Source of the DNA: a virus
Taxonomy: Duplodnaviria > Caudoviricetes
IMG/VR virus record: IMGVR_UViG_3300018432_000016
Coordinates: 1 to 53,502 of that record
Direction: 5' to 3' (one strand)
DNA length: 53,502 nucleotides
Shown here: piece after piece, positions 44,042 through 51,990 of the stretch
Numbering within the stretch: the stretch's first letter is position 1
Layout: every line of letters starts with the position of its first letter
Program-made: the position numbers and the translations under genes
The notes under the pieces: model-generated
Seen by the model: only the letters and a program-made list of their open reading frames with translations
Told to the model about the DNA's origin: nothing
Database searches by the model: none

Positions 44042-44296
44042 TCAGAGGTGGACGGGGGCCGGGGGGAGGTCGGCGTCGGCGACGTGCGGCCCGTAGGCGG
44101 CGACGACCTCCGGGTGACGCTCGGCCGTCCAGGCGGCGAACTCCTCGTCGGTCGAGCAGTCGAGGGGGCGGAGGGCGACGCGGTAGGCGTCGAGGTCCAT
44201 TGCGGCGAGGCGCCGCATATCGGCGATGAACTCTGCGATCCGGGCGGCCTTGACTTCGCGGCGCTTGGCGGCGGTGTAGCGGACGTTGTTTGCCAT
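44042..44296 (-). CDS. Small hypothetical protein
   Basis: Leaderless ATG after cassette D; MANNVRYTAAKRRE... Confidence 0.7.
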   Translation of the reverse strand: MANNVRYTAAKRREVKAARIAEFIADMRRLAAMDLDAYRVALRPLDCSTDEEFAAWTAERHPEVVAAYGPHVADADLPPAPVHL

Positions 44297-44372
44297 GCGT
44301 CTATTATGCACACGGGTAATGGGAGGGGGAAGTACCGACACGCCGCGTGTCGCGTCGGATCACCCGTCCGAG
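44297..44372 (-). promoter_or_regulatory. Class-1 leaderless promoter cassette, copy D
   Basis: CGGGTGATCCGACGCGACACG..GGTACTTCCCCC..TTACCCGTGTG-CATAAT-N6-ATG. Confidence 0.8.
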
Positions 44373-44505
44373 GGGACGCGGCACCCGCACTCCGGGCACT
44401 CCCCCTCGTCGAGGTCGTCCTCGACCCACGCCGAGCAGCAGGGGCAGCAACGGCCGGCGGGCCGGTCCCGGGGATCCCGGGCCGGCCCGTCCGGGCTGGA
44501 GGCGT

Positions 44506-44754
44506 TCAGCGGGTGTACCCGGCCCACCGGTGACCGGCCGGCGTGTTGATCGGCTTGCCGTAGAACTCAGGGCGGGTCGGGGCGGTGGCCTTGCGGCACT
44601 TCGTGCAGGTGACCTCGGCGTCGGTGAGCTTGACGGTCGAGCGGGCGGTCGAGCGGTAGCGGACGGCGCCGCAGGAGACGGAGGGCCGGCCGTCGATGAT
44701 GCGGGCGGCGTGGACGGTGGCGGAGGAGCCGATGCGGGCTGCGGTCGTTGTCAT
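44506..44754 (-). CDS. Small Zn-finger-like protein (H...CG...VTCxxC)
   Basis: TVHAA...SCGA...VTCTKCR; leaderless ATG after cassette E. Confidence 0.7.
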   Translation of the reverse strand: MTTTAARIGSSATVHAARIIDGRPSVSCGAVRYRSTARSTVKLTDAEVTCTKCRKATAPTRPEFYGKPINTPAGHRWAGYTR

Positions 44755-44833
44755 GGGATGATTATATGCACGGATATTACCCGGGGGGAAGTACCGGCGC
44801 GCGTGTCGCGTGTCGTGTCCCCTTATCGGGTGA
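44755..44833 (-). promoter_or_regulatory. Class-1 leaderless promoter cassette, copy E
   Basis: CACCCGATAAGGGGACACGACACGCGACACG..GGTACTTCCCCCC..ATATCCGTGCA-TATAAT-N6-ATG. Confidence 0.8.
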
Positions 44834-44834
44834 C

Positions 44835-44945
44835 CTACCGGACCGGTGGCGTCACCGACAGGCGCTCGTGGAGGATGCGGTCCCGGATCACCCGAGGCAA
44901 CGGGCGCGGCGCCGACGGGGGCGGGCAGGCGGGAAACGACGGCAC
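44835..44945 (-). CDS. Possible 36-aa peptide
   Basis: Upstream CCCCCGCCTACCCCTGGAGC nearly identical to the leader of the 5562 gene. Confidence 0.3.
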   Translation of the reverse strand: MPSFPACPPPSAPRPLPRVIRDRILHERLSVTPPVR

Positions 44946-44988
44946 ACGGGCTCCAGGGGTAGGCGGGGGGTCCAGTCATGGTGACGCA

Positions 44989-45026
44989 CGGAACCGCCCC
45001 GAGGGAACAGACCCGGGGCGGTTCCG
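44989..45026 (-). terminator. Hairpin closing cassette F
   Basis: CGGAACCGCCCCG...CGGGGCGGTTCCG. Confidence 0.65.
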
Positions 45027-45035
45027 CGTGAACGG

Positions 45036-45815
45036 TCAGGAGCCGGCGACCTCGGACCACTCCAGCGGCCGGGGCTGCTCGCGCGGGTCGTCGTCGACGG
45101 CGGGCTCGGGGCAACGGTGCTCCCGCGCGTCGCGCTCGGCGAGTCCGCGACCCTCGATGGTCCGGTTTGAGTGCCATCCGAGGGAACGCCACCCGCACGC
45201 GGCGTGGACGGCGCGGAACCGGTCCTCGTCGCGATTACCCGACGGGGCGCGGTACCGCTCGACCGTGGCGGGCTCGGCGCACACGCACGCGTCGACGGGG
45301 GCGGAGCAGTTGTCGCAGTGGACGACGGTCGCGCCGGCCGGCGCGTCGGGGGTGATACCGGGGGCTGCGGCGTCGAGGGCGGCAGCGGCGTCGCTGGCGA
45401 TGGGGAATCCACCGGTGCGGCGGGCGCCGGTCAGGTCGTACCCCCACCAGTGGGCGGACTGGTAGGAAACGCGGCCGGCGGCGACCCCGGCGCGGACAAC
45501 CTCGGCGAGGCCGCGACCGATGTTGCGCAGCTCGACGACCGGGGCGACCTCGGCGGACTCCTCGGGCTCGTCGTCGGTGGGGAGGGCGTCGAGGGCGGCG
45601 GCGCGCTCGCGCATGATGCGCTCGCCGGCGGCGCGGAGGGTGTCCTCGTCGACGCCGGTCTCGGCGGCCACCTCGGCGACGGTGTCGAGCGCCTCGACTT
45701 CGATCGCGCGGCCGATGTGGAGGCGGGCGGCGATGTTGCCGGAGCGGGTGCGGCAGGGGAAGCCGGCGGGGGTGTGGCAGCGGGGGCAGCGGTTCGCGGT
45801 GCGAGGCGTGGTCAT
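45036..45815 (-). CDS. Multi-Zn-finger-like protein
   Basis: N-terminal CPRC..AGFPC....H..R; CDNC..C.C; C-terminal H..CGW...H.C. Confidence 0.7.
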   Translation of the reverse strand: MTTPRTANRCPRCHTPAGFPCRTRSGNIAARLHIGRAIEVEALDTVAEVAAETGVDEDTLRAAGERIMRERAAALDALPTDDEPEESAEVAPVVELRNIGRGLAEVVRAGVAAGRVSYQSAHWWGYDLTGARRTGGFPIASDAAAALDAAAPGITPDAPAGATVVHCDNCSAPVDACVCAEPATVERYRAPSGNRDEDRFRAVHAACGWRSLGWHSNRTIEGRGLAERDAREHRCPEPAVDDDPREQPRPLEWSEVAGS

Positions 45816-45904
45816 GGGAAGATTCTATACACGGGTAATCCCCGGGGGGAAGTACCCGGGGAGGCGATCTTCGCGCGTGTCGTGTCGGATCACCCGAACG
45901 GGTG
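45816..45904 (-). promoter_or_regulatory. Class-1 leaderless promoter cassette, copy F
   Basis: CACCCGTTCGGGTGATCCGACACGACACG..GGTACTTCCCCCC..TTACCCGTGTA-TAGAAT-N6-ATG. Confidence 0.8.
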
Positions 45905-46021
45905 CCCGTCCGCTCGGAACCGAGCGGACGCCCGCCGGTCCGCTATCCGGATCGCCCTGCCGATCCCCAACGCGACCGCCACCGACGCCGCGACCCACGC
46001 GAGGCAGCCGGCGGTGATCAC
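45890..46021 (-). CDS. Small membrane peptide
   Basis: GTGA overlap; LAWVAASVAVALGIGRAIR. Confidence 0.5.
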   Translation of the reverse strand: MITAGCLAWVAASVAVALGIGRAIRIADRRASARFRADGHPFG

Positions 46022-46473
46022 CGGGCGAGGCGGGCTCGGACGGAGGCCACGACCGCCGTCGACGACGCATACCGGCGGCCCGTCGGAGACCGCCAGTAGC
46101 CGGACCCAAGCTCGACCCACTGCTCCGGGGGGTGCGTGCGGGGATGCTTGACGCGGCGCCGTTTCGTCACCTCATCTTCGCGGGCCGGCTCCGGCTCCCG
46201 GGGATGCCGGGAACCTCGCGGGTGCGCGCCGGCGGGCACGTCGTCCTCCGTCTCCGCCAGGTCGTACAGCACGCCCCGCAGCCGGGCGTACGCGGCGACG
46301 GTGGCCTCGGTGTACGCCCTCGCGATGGCCTCCCCGATCTGCTGCGGCCGGCGGGCGACGAACGCCCACCCGGGGCAGGTGGGGGTCGCGAACCGGAGCG
46401 ACCCGTCGTCGAGGCGGCGGACGTGGAGGGTCAGCTCGGCGGGCTCGTGCGGCCGGCGGCCGGAGGTGGACAC
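46018..46473 (-). CDS. Hypothetical protein with HicB-like N-terminus
   Basis: GAGGAG SD; LHVRRLDDGSLRFATPTCPGWAFVAR. Confidence 0.55.
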   Translation of the reverse strand: MSTSGRRPHEPAELTLHVRRLDDGSLRFATPTCPGWAFVARRPQQIGEAIARAYTEATVAAYARLRGVLYDLAETEDDVPAGAHPRGSRHPREPEPAREDEVTKRRRVKHPRTHPPEQWVELGSGYWRSPTGRRYASSTAVVASVRARLAR

Positions 46474-46475
46474 GT

Positions 46476-48326
46476 TCAGCTCCTCGGGGCGGTCGGTAGT
46501 TGCTGGTTGGCGACGGTCGTGGAACCGCCCCGGCGGACGCCGAGGAGCCGGGTCACGAGCCACACGTACGCGTCGAGGCGGCCCGGTGACTGCTGCCCCT
46601 CCGTCCAGGTCGTCAGTTCCAGCTCCAGGAGGGGCAGGGTGCCGACGTGCGAGACCTTGTTCGTTTCGACGGCGACGGCGACCGGCGTCGCCCGCAGCCG
46701 CTTGCCGACGGTGGCGGTCACGCCGTGCAGGCGGGCCGGGGGTGCGCTCGTCGCCGAGTCGAGGAGTCCCCGTTCGATGCGGTCGAGGACCTCGGCGAGC
46801 TGCCGCAGGTCGCCGGCGTCGGCGGTGACCTCCTCGGCGGGGAGGCGCTGCTCGACTGCCGCCCACCGGAGGGCGGCGCGCTGGAGGAGTTCGTCGCGGC
46901 CGACGGGGCGGCCGGTGGGGCGGCGGGTGAACGGGTCGACCTCGCCGGCGTCGGTGACCTCGTCGAGGGTGCGTGCCTGCCGGACGAGCCGTTCCCACGC
47001 CTGGACGAGTTCGTTCCGGAAGGTCTGCGGGACGAGGTTCTGTTCCCACACGACCTCGTCGGCTTGGGTGTCGACGGCGAGGAGCCACGCGGCGCGGGTC
47101 CACTCCGCCGAGGTCATGCGGCGCGAGCGGTCGTGGGTGACGTAGGCGCGGCCATCTTTGCCCCGGTAGCCGGCGACGAGCCCGGCCTCGTCCTGCCCGC
47201 CGGAGGAGGGGTCGACGGCGACGACTCGCAGCGTCGACGCGCCGACGTAGTCCGACGGCCGGCGGTTGCGGGCGATGGGCGCCTCGGCGAACACGGCGCC
47301 CTCCGGGGGGGTGGGGTGCTGCTGGTACAGGGAGCCCCACGCGGTTTCCCCGACCTCCAGGCGGCGGAGCTGCCAGTCCTCGGGGGTGCGGCCTCGGGCG
47401 GATTCCAGCCACTCGCCGGGGGGGCGGCCCAGCGAGTCGGGGAGCCACCCGGGGGCGAGGTTGCCGTCGTCGTCGAGGCGCGGGGCCTCCGCCTGCGCGG
47501 GGATCGACACGAACTCCCATCGGCGTAGCTCGTCGGGGAGGGCGCGTTCGTGCCCCAACACGTAGCCGTACAGGTCGTCGGGGTGCCACCGGGTTTGGGT
47601 GAGGATGACGAGGGCGGCCGACGGCAGTCGGGGGACGGCGACGTTCTGCCACCAGGCGAGGACCTTCGCCCGGTGCTCGGGGGAGTCGGCCTGCTCCCGG
47701 TCTTTGTACGGGTCGTCGACGAACAGGGCGTCGAGCGGTTTCCCCGTCCACCCGCCGCGCATGCCGTAGGCGATGAGCCCGCCCCGGTGCCCGGCGATCG
47801 AGAACCGGGACACGCTCGTCGAGTCGCCCCGGAGACTGATCCCGAGGAGATCCTGCGCGAGGGGGCGCGGGTTGAGCACCGTCCCCGACCCGTAATCGGC
47901 GATCCAGTTGCGGACCTCCCGGGAGAATGTGGTCGCCACGTCCGCCTCGAAACTCGCGATCCCGATGCGGAGGTCGGGGTTACGGACGAGCAGCCATAGG
48001 GGGGTGGCGATGGTGAGCCGGCGCGATTTGCCCTCCTGCGGTGGGGCGGCGACGGCGAGGCGGGCGGAGTGCCCGGCTTCCATGCGTTCGACGGCGCGGA
48101 GGACGGCGGCGTCGATGAGGGCGAGCGCCGGCGTTTCGACGGTGGCGAGCGGGTCGATCGCGTGCGCGAGGGCGCCGGGTGACGGGTAGCGGGTGCGGCG
48201 ACGGCGCCGCGCGAGTTCGCGGGCCACGCGTTCGGCGACGGCGACCCGCTCGTGTGCGGGCAGGTCGCGGGTCGCGGCCTCCAGGGCGAGGCGGAGCCGC
48301 TCGCGGTCGACGACACCCGCCGTCAT
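46476..48326 (-). CDS. terL: Terminase large subunit
   Basis: APPQEGKS, TGKPLDALFVDDPYKDR..ADS, QTRWHPDDL, LYQQHP, VAVDPS, SPGRLDA. Confidence 0.95.
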   Translation of the reverse strand: MTAGVVDRERLRLALEAATRDLPAHERVAVAERVARELARRRRRTRYPSPGALAHAIDPLATVETPALALIDAAVLRAVERMEAGHSARLAVAAPPQEGKSRRLTIATPLWLLVRNPDLRIGIASFEADVATTFSREVRNWIADYGSGTVLNPRPLAQDLLGISLRGDSTSVSRFSIAGHRGGLIAYGMRGGWTGKPLDALFVDDPYKDREQADSPEHRAKVLAWWQNVAVPRLPSAALVILTQTRWHPDDLYGYVLGHERALPDELRRWEFVSIPAQAEAPRLDDDGNLAPGWLPDSLGRPPGEWLESARGRTPEDWQLRRLEVGETAWGSLYQQHPTPPEGAVFAEAPIARNRRPSDYVGASTLRVVAVDPSSGGQDEAGLVAGYRGKDGRAYVTHDRSRRMTSAEWTRAAWLLAVDTQADEVVWEQNLVPQTFRNELVQAWERLVRQARTLDEVTDAGEVDPFTRRPTGRPVGRDELLQRAALRWAAVEQRLPAEEVTADAGDLRQLAEVLDRIERGLLDSATSAPPARLHGVTATVGKRLRATPVAVAVETNKVSHVGTLPLLELELTTWTEGQQSPGRLDAYVWLVTRLLGVRRGGSTTVANQQLPTAPRS

Positions 48327-48499
48327 TCGATGACCGCCCCGGCGACGATCGAGGCGGCGATGGCGGCGTACACGTCGGAGGCGGTCACGTAGGACCCGGC
48401 CCGGTCGAGGGCGTACAGCGTGAGCAGCAGCAGGAGGAGGGCGATCAGTCCGGCGACGAGGGGGCGGAGCCACCTGTCACGGTGCCCGTTCCATCCCAC
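48323..48499 (-). CDS. Small membrane protein
   Basis: GTG 8 nt after TAACGT; two hydrophobic segments; ATGA overlap with terL. Confidence 0.55.
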   Translation of the reverse strand: MGWNGHRDRWLRPLVAGLIALLLLLLTLYALDRAGSYVTASDVYAAIAASIVAGAVIE

Positions 48500-48510
48500 G
48501 GAGAGTGACG

Positions 48511-48693
48511 TTACCGGGGGGGACGGGTGAGCGCCCGCGCGGCTGCCCTCGTCCGGTCCTCGGCGGTGCGGGCGGCGAGCCAGCAGGCGAGGCAGGTCGT
48601 CGGCGCGTACGTCCAGCAGCCGCACCCGCCGAGGCATGGGTACCGGCCGAGGGTGCCCTGTTCGGGTTCGCCGTACGGGCAGTCAGTCGCCAC
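48511..48693 (-). CDS. Small Cys-rich protein
   Basis: CLGGCGC...CLAC. Confidence 0.5.
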   Translation of the reverse strand: MATDCPYGEPEQGTLGRYPCLGGCGCWTYAPTTCLACWLAARTAEDRTRAAARALTRPPR

Positions 48694-48874
48694 GGGCCGC
48701 CTCCTCGTCGTGGACGTGCCGGGCGTGGTCGCGGCCGGCGTATGCGGCGGAGGAGGGGCCGGTGGCGACGGCTTCCCACCGGCCGCAGGCGCACGTCCAG
48801 GCGACGCCCCACGGGTATTCGGTCTGCGCGATCGCGTGCGGGTCGGCGTCGGCGGGGGTGGGGGCGAGCGTCAC
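48683..48874 (-). CDS. Small Zn-finger-like protein (CxC...HxxxxH)
   Basis: WTCACG...DHARHVH; TACCCT 6 nt before GTG. Confidence 0.6.
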   Translation of the reverse strand: MTLAPTPADADPHAIAQTEYPWGVAWTCACGRWEAVATGPSSAAYAGRDHARHVHDEEAARGD

Positions 48875-48899
48875 GCCCGGAGGGTAGCCCGGGGGGTAG

Positions 48900-49124
48900 C
48901 TACAGGTGGGTTCCGCCGCGCGCCCGGGTGGCGAGCCCCCGCAGCCACTCCTCGACCTCCGGCAGGGCGACGACGCGGACGACCGTCCCGTCGGGCAGGG
49001 GCAGGTCGGCGAGGTCCAGCTCGCAGCGGGCGAGGTCGGCGATCCGGTCGAGCAGCTCCGCCTCCGGGCGTGAGACCGCCCGGGGTTCCGTGGCGGAACT
49101 CCGGGCGGTCTGCTCGTCGGGCAT
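48900..49124 (-). CDS. Hypothetical protein
   Basis: MPDEQ...; coding-like composition. Confidence 0.5.
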   Translation of the reverse strand: MPDEQTARSSATEPRAVSRPEAELLDRIADLARCELDLADLPLPDGTVVRVVALPEVEEWLRGLATRARGGTHL

Positions 49125-49134
49125 GGGGCGGAGG

Positions 49135-49311
49135 CTACCGGCGCGCGGGCTCGGCGGCCGGTTCATCGGCAGGCGGGAGGGGGTGGTCGTTGCGGGCGGT
49201 GAGCGCCGTTCCGATGGCGAGGACGACGGCGAGCCCACCCAACCCGAGGGCGAGCAGCTCCAGGGGGGTGACGCCGGCGGCGATAGCCGTCGCGGCGGCG
49301 ACGGTCAGCAC
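49135..49311 (-). CDS. Small membrane protein
   Basis: GGAGG SD; hydrophobic helix. Confidence 0.45.
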   Translation of the reverse strand: MLTVAAATAIAAGVTPLELLALGLGGLAVVLAIGTALTARNDHPLPPADEPAAEPARR

Positions 49312-49715
49312 AGGACCACCTCCCCGCGCGGCCACGGGATGCGGGGCTGCTTCCCGGCACCGTCCCACGGCATGGCCCACCCGTCGGCGACGAGGACCTC
49401 GGCGAGGTCCTGCGGCCCGGCGCCGAGGTCGACGACGACGGTTCCGAGGTCCCGGCCGCCGTACTTGTCGTCCTCCAGGTCGACGAGGACGACACGGGTC
49501 CCGGTGGGGACGAGCCCGGCGACGTGGACGTACGTCTCCGGGCCGCCGGGCTCGGCGAGTTCGCGGGTTGCGGCGCCCCGTACGCGGACCTTGCGGCGCC
49601 GGTATTCGCCGCGCCCCCGGTCGACCCACACGTACACGGTGTCCCCGTCGCGCCAGCCCTCGACGACCCCGTTTTCGTACAGGGGGGCGGGCACCGGCGG
49701 CAGTGCGGCGGTCAC
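49305..49715 (-). CDS. Thermonuclease (SNase-like) family protein
   Basis: DGDTV, VRVRG..TRE, DKYGGRDLG, LVADGWAMPWDG. Confidence 0.85.
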   Translation of the reverse strand: MTAALPPVPAPLYENGVVEGWRDGDTVYVWVDRGRGEYRRRKVRVRGAATRELAEPGGPETYVHVAGLVPTGTRVVLVDLEDDKYGGRDLGTVVVDLGAGPQDLAEVLVADGWAMPWDGAGKQPRIPWPRGEVVLC

Positions 49716-50293
49716 GCGGCGACCTGCTCGGGGATGGCGACGACCTCGACGAGGGGCCGGCGGACGAGTCGGCAGGCGACCCGGTTGACGAGGGCGTCGA
49801 CGGTGAGGGCGGCGGCGTTGACGGCGGCGACGGGCAGGAGGAGGGGTGCGACGAGGACGGCGGCGAGGAGGACGCGGAGGAGGTCCTCGCGGGCTCCGTC
49901 CCGGCGGGCGGGGGACACCCACGCCCCGAGGCGGACACCCAACCAGTATCCGAGGTTGCGGAGCGGGTGGTCGGGGTCGAGTTGCCGCAGCCCGTCGAGG
50001 AATTCGCGGTCGGCCTGGACGGAGGTCAGTTCGGGGAGGAGCCGGTCGGGGCGGCCGGCGCGGTGCCACGCGTTGAGGTCGTCGCAGCGCTTGTCGTGCC
50101 GGATGGCGGCGGGCGTGATCTTCCCGGAGGTGGGGAGGAGGACGCGGAAGGGGCGGGGGACGGAGGCAAGGTCGGTCACGTACCCGGCCTCGACGACGAC
50201 GCCGTTCTCGTCGAGGAGGTCGGCGGTCAGTTCGTAGCATTCCCCCTCGTCGTGCTGGAGGGGGCGGATCGGGGGGAGGGGGAGGAGGAACAC
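49712..50293 (-). CDS. DUF1353-family protein with C-terminal TM helix
   Basis: GYVTDLASVPR, AAIRHD, ADREF, YWLGVRLG. Confidence 0.8.
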   Translation of the reverse strand: MFLLPLPPIRPLQHDEGECYELTADLLDENGVVVEAGYVTDLASVPRPFRVLLPTSGKITPAAIRHDKRCDDLNAWHRAGRPDRLLPELTSVQADREFLDGLRQLDPDHPLRNLGYWLGVRLGAWVSPARRDGAREDLLRVLLAAVLVAPLLLPVAAVNAAALTVDALVNRVACRLVRRPLVEVVAIPEQVAA

Positions 50294-50396
50294 AGCGAAC
50301 TCCGGGGGGTAACGGATCGTGACCCGGTGATTACAGCACGACCCCGCCCCGACTACCGGGACACAACCTGACAACGTCCCCCGACAATCCCCGCAA

Positions 50397-50723
50397 CTAC
50401 TGCCGACCGCCGTCCGGTGGACGGAGGAACTCCTCGACCGCGAGGCGGGCGAGCCGGCGGGCCGCAGCCTCCGTCAACCGCAGCACCGAACCCGGCAGCA
50501 AGTCGAGCCCCGCGAACGCGTGCGCGACCCGATCCTCCAGGTCTGCGAGGTCAATCAGGCGGGCGGTCATCGCCTCCCCGCACGCGTTGCACTCGACCCA
50601 CGTCCGCCCACCGTCCGCCCGCTCATACCAGTCGTGCGGGTGGTCGGGGCAGCAGCAGCCGGCGGCGGGTAGCCCGAGCCGGTCCCGTTCGGTGTCGTCG
50701 AGCTGCCGGTCGTACGCGGTCAC
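50397..50723 (-). CDS. Hypothetical Cys-containing protein
   Basis: CPDHPH...CNACG; GTGA overlap. Confidence 0.6.
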   Translation of the reverse strand: MTAYDRQLDDTERDRLGLPAAGCCCPDHPHDWYERADGGRTWVECNACGEAMTARLIDLADLEDRVAHAFAGLDLLPGSVLRLTEAAARRLARLAVEEFLRPPDGGRQ

Positions 50724-51043
50724 GACTGCTCGCCTGCCTCGTCGAACGCGGCCCGGAGGTCGTCGAGCGGAACCTCGACACACTCCGTTGTGACGGTGTC
50801 CCGACCGCCATATCCGCCCTCCCGGCGCCACGCGGTGCGGCAGGACGTGTCGGGTCCGCCGGAGAACAGGTCCCGGAACGGGCGGACGCCCCGCTCCCGG
50901 CCGCGCTCCTCGGCGTGTGCGATCTGCGCGGCGAGGTGTCGGGCGAGGTCGTCGAGGACGAACTCGGGCAGGTCCCGGCCGTCCTTCCATGCGACGAGGG
51001 CGCCGTCCGCCTCGGCGCGGTGCTGCCGGGTCGGCTCGGTCAC
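50720..51043 (-). CDS. Hypothetical protein
   Basis: GGAGG SD; GTGA overlaps. Confidence 0.6.
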   Translation of the reverse strand: MTEPTRQHRAEADGALVAWKDGRDLPEFVLDDLARHLAAQIAHAEERGRERGVRPFRDLFSGGPDTSCRTAWRREGGYGGRDTVTTECVEVPLDDLRAAFDEAGEQS

Positions 51044-51417
51044 TGCCCCTCCCCTGCCGGTCCGACGAGGAGGAGGCGGAGGGATCCGAGCTGCTCGTCG
51101 AGGGCGGACGCCCACCGGAGTTCGGACGCGGCCGGCTGAAGGTTGCCCTCCCGGAGGCGGGCATGCGCGACGAGCACGCGCTCGTCGCGGAGCTGCTCCC
51201 GCTGCTCGATCAGGGCGCGGACGCGGGCGAGGATCCGCTCTTCCCCGATCCGCTCGTGATGCGCCAGGGTCTCGGCGACGAGGGCGGAGAGGGTGGGGGA
51301 GTCCGGGTCGTACCGGTCGCGGTCGGCCCACGTCGAGGCGACGGTGGAGCCGGCGTCGAGGAGCCGGTCGGCGAGGCGGCGGCGGGGCTCGGGTGCTGGA
51401 GGCGTGGGAGTCATCAT
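51040..51417 (-). CDS. Hypothetical coiled-coil protein
   Basis: Leaderless ATG 7 nt after TATAGT. Confidence 0.65.
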   Translation of the reverse strand: MMTPTPPAPEPRRRLADRLLDAGSTVASTWADRDRYDPDSPTLSALVAETLAHHERIGEERILARVRALIEQREQLRDERVLVAHARLREGNLQPAASELRWASALDEQLGSLRLLLVGPAGEGQ

Positions 51418-51424
51418 GCCCGGC

Positions 51425-51441
51425 ACTATACCCTCCCCCTA
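51425..51441 (-). promoter_or_regulatory. Promoter repeat TAGGGGGAGGGTATAGT (copy 2)
   Basis: Exact copy of 1772-1788. Confidence 0.55.
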
Positions 51442-51726
51442 GTGTCTTGGGGTGGGGGTGTCGACGGAGTGTCCCCGAGGTCGCACGTCCGGCAGACGAG
51501 CCCCGCCCCCCTCGGGCGGAGGACCCGCATCCGGCAACACGAACACACGGGCAGTGGCGGGGGCTCCGTGCTCACGCCCCCCGATCCTGCCGTGTCCGGG
51601 CCGGGAGTCGCGGCGCCGGTCCCGCTCGTCGAGGACCTCGGCGGCCAGCCACCCGGCGACGGCGCCGGCGAACAGGAGGCAGGCGACCGTCCCGGCGAGG
51701 ACGGCGAGCGCGACCGGCAGGGTCAA
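51439..51726 (-). CDS. Small membrane protein
   Basis: TTGA overlap; N-terminal TM helix. Confidence 0.45.
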   Translation of the reverse strand: MTLPVALAVLAGTVACLLFAGAVAGWLAAEVLDERDRRRDSRPGHGRIGGREHGAPATARVFVLPDAGPPPEGGGARLPDVRPRGHSVDTPTPRH

Positions 51727-51884
51727 CGCTGGCCCCGGTCCCACGCGGCGAGCCCGAGGCGGAGGAGGTTCCGGATCACCTGCGAGCGGGTCCACTCGTG
51801 CTCGGCGGCGATCCGGTCGACCCGGGCGAGGGCGGCCGGGGCGATGCGGAGCCCGATCGGTTCACGTCTAACACTGTCTGACAC
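51723..51884 (-). CDS. CopG-like ribbon-helix-helix protein (53 aa)
   Basis: Not in ORF track; EPIGLRIAPAALARVDRIAAEHEWTRSQVIRNLLRLGL. Confidence 0.75.
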   Translation of the reverse strand: MSDSVRREPIGLRIAPAALARVDRIAAEHEWTRSQVIRNLLRLGLAAWDRGQR

Positions 51885-51990
51885 GTTCGACAGTGTCGCA
51901 CGCCCGCCTCGCCTCGCGGGCCTCCAGCCACACGCCGCCGGCGAGGCATGCCACGCCGGCCAGCATGCCGAGGAGGAGCCACACGATCAC
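51868..51990 (-). CDS. Membrane peptide
   Basis: VIVWLLLGMLAGVACLAGGVWL; GTGA overlap. Confidence 0.4.
   Translation of the reverse strand: MIVWLLLGMLAGVACLAGGVWLEAREARRACDTVERVRQC
51871..51896. promoter_or_regulatory. Palindromic operator ACACTGTC-N10-GACAGTGT over the RHH start
   Basis: Perfect 8-bp inverted repeat in locally AT-richer DNA. Confidence 0.55.

Noticed and set aside
43900-45910. Tandem repeats D/E/F as a CRISPR array or integron attC array
   Set aside because: Repeats are degenerate promoters separated by whole genes; no cas gene or integron integrase seen
46476-48326. Intein in terminase
   Set aside because: The insertion lacks N-terminal C/S, C-terminal HN and LAGLIDADG motifs
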